Positions 63,352-64,000 of a stretch of 64,000 bases of DNA are shown piece by piece. Under the pieces are notes generated by a model. The model was not told the origin of the DNA, did no database searches, and saw nothing but the letters and a program-made list of their open reading frames with translations. The stretch spans positions 32,001 through 96,000 of IMG/VR virus record IMGVR_UViG_2675903060_000001; one strand, given 5' to 3'. A program made the translations under genes and the position numbers. The number at the start of each line of letters is the position of its first letter. Positions within the stretch are counted from its first letter, which is position 1. This stretch comes from a virus. Taxonomy: Duplodnaviria; Caudoviricetes.

Positions 63352-64000
63352 ATGGCATCGTCACAACGCAGCCGCGTCAGGAAGCGGCAGCAGCCTCGCG
63401 TCGCCACGCACCGCCCGGCCGTGCGCCCGCGCCGGTTCCGCCACGACGACCTCATCGCCGTGGACCTGTTCTCCGGCTTCGGAGGGCTCACGAAGGGCAT
63501 CGAGGACGCCGGGTTCACCACGATCCTCGCGGCCAACCACAACGAGTACAAGGTCAAGGTCCACGAGAAGAACCACCCGCACGCCGAGCACTGGATCGCC
63601 GACCTCGTGGACAAGGAGGCGTCCGACTACCACTCCGCCGCCGACCTTCCCCGCGCTGACCTCCTCGTCGCGGGCGTGAGCTGCACCAATCACTCGCAGG
63701 CGAACACGCAGAAGGCTTACCAGTTGGGCCTGGCGCTGTTCGAGCTGGACGACCCCGAGTATCAGGAGCGCGCGACTCGATCGGAGAAGGACAGAGCGAC
63801 GGCGACGTGCGCGCTGCAATACGCGGCCAAGCACCACCCGAGGATGGCTCTCATCGAGTGCACCACGGAACTGTACTCATGGGGGCCTCGGGTACCAGGC
63901 AAGAAGTACGGCGACGGCTCCACCTATCGGTGGTGGCTCAAACAGTGGGAAAACGAGGGCTACAACTTCCGCATCCTCTACCTCAACAGCATGTTCTTCG
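63352..64000 (+). CDS. DNA (cytosine-5) methyltransferase, truncated by window edge
   Basis: Manual translation: VDLFSGFGGL (motif I), AANH, DLLVAGVSCTNHS (motif IV), IECTTE (motif VI position). Confidence 0.85.
   Translation, partial: MASSQRSRVRKRQQPRVATHRPAVRPRRFRHDDLIAVDLFSGFGGLTKGIEDAGFTTILAANHNEYKVKVHEKNHPHAEHWIADLVDKEASDYHSAADLPRADLLVAGVSCTNHSQANTQKAYQLGLALFELDDPEYQERATRSEKDRATATCALQYAAKHHPRMALIECTTELYSWGPRVPGKKYGDGSTYRWWLKQWENEGYNFRILYLNSMFF

Larger units (their letters stand above)
1..64000. mobile_element. Actinomycete phage-plasmid / plasmid prophage (siphovirus module plus Rep, resolvase and TraB conjugation module); extends beyond both window edges
   Basis: Terminase, portal, capsid, tail and lysis genes co-occur with plasmid-type Rep, serine resolvase, FtsK/TraB and KorA-like GntR; no host housekeeping genes and no integrase seen. 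Confidence 0.85.

Noticed and set aside
1-64000. tRNA, rRNA, IS transposase, reverse transcriptase/DGR
   Set aside because: No cloverleaf, rRNA, DDE or YxDD RT signatures recognised by eye; tRNAscan-SE and HMM searches would be needed to exclude them formally

Overview
High-GC actinomycete mobile element that looks like a conjugative phage-plasmid (plasmid prophage). From left to right it carries: (1) a partial serine resolvase with a res-like site (1-370); (2) an array of small translationally coupled genes (443-3668); (3) a ParB-like gene and an ABC-ATPase/GNAT gene (4141-6669); (4) an apparently complete siphovirus packaging, head, tail and lysis module (8825-33346) with lower-GC antisense morons; (5) a leftward operon of small acidic proteins with CRISPR-repeat-like leaders, plus GntR/XRE/GntR regulators (34121-38323); (6) a Streptomyces-type transfer/spread region with WhiB-like, SpdB-like, SsgA-like, TraB/FtsK, RapZ-C and Nudix genes (38572-50568); (7) a plasmid-type Rep with a candidate origin (50873-53500); (8) an accessory/anti-defence region ending in PAPS-reductase-like and C5 methyltransferase genes (53530-64000). 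No integrase, tRNA, rRNA or true CRISPR array was seen. Non-coding signals found by eye include seven dispersed 18-bp palindromes, convergent GGAACT/AGTTCC repeat fields, tandem type I-E CRISPR-repeat mimics, a repeated stop/RBS/start junction and a 35-bp inverted repeat bracketing an HTH domain. All functional calls come from motif recognition without database searches.
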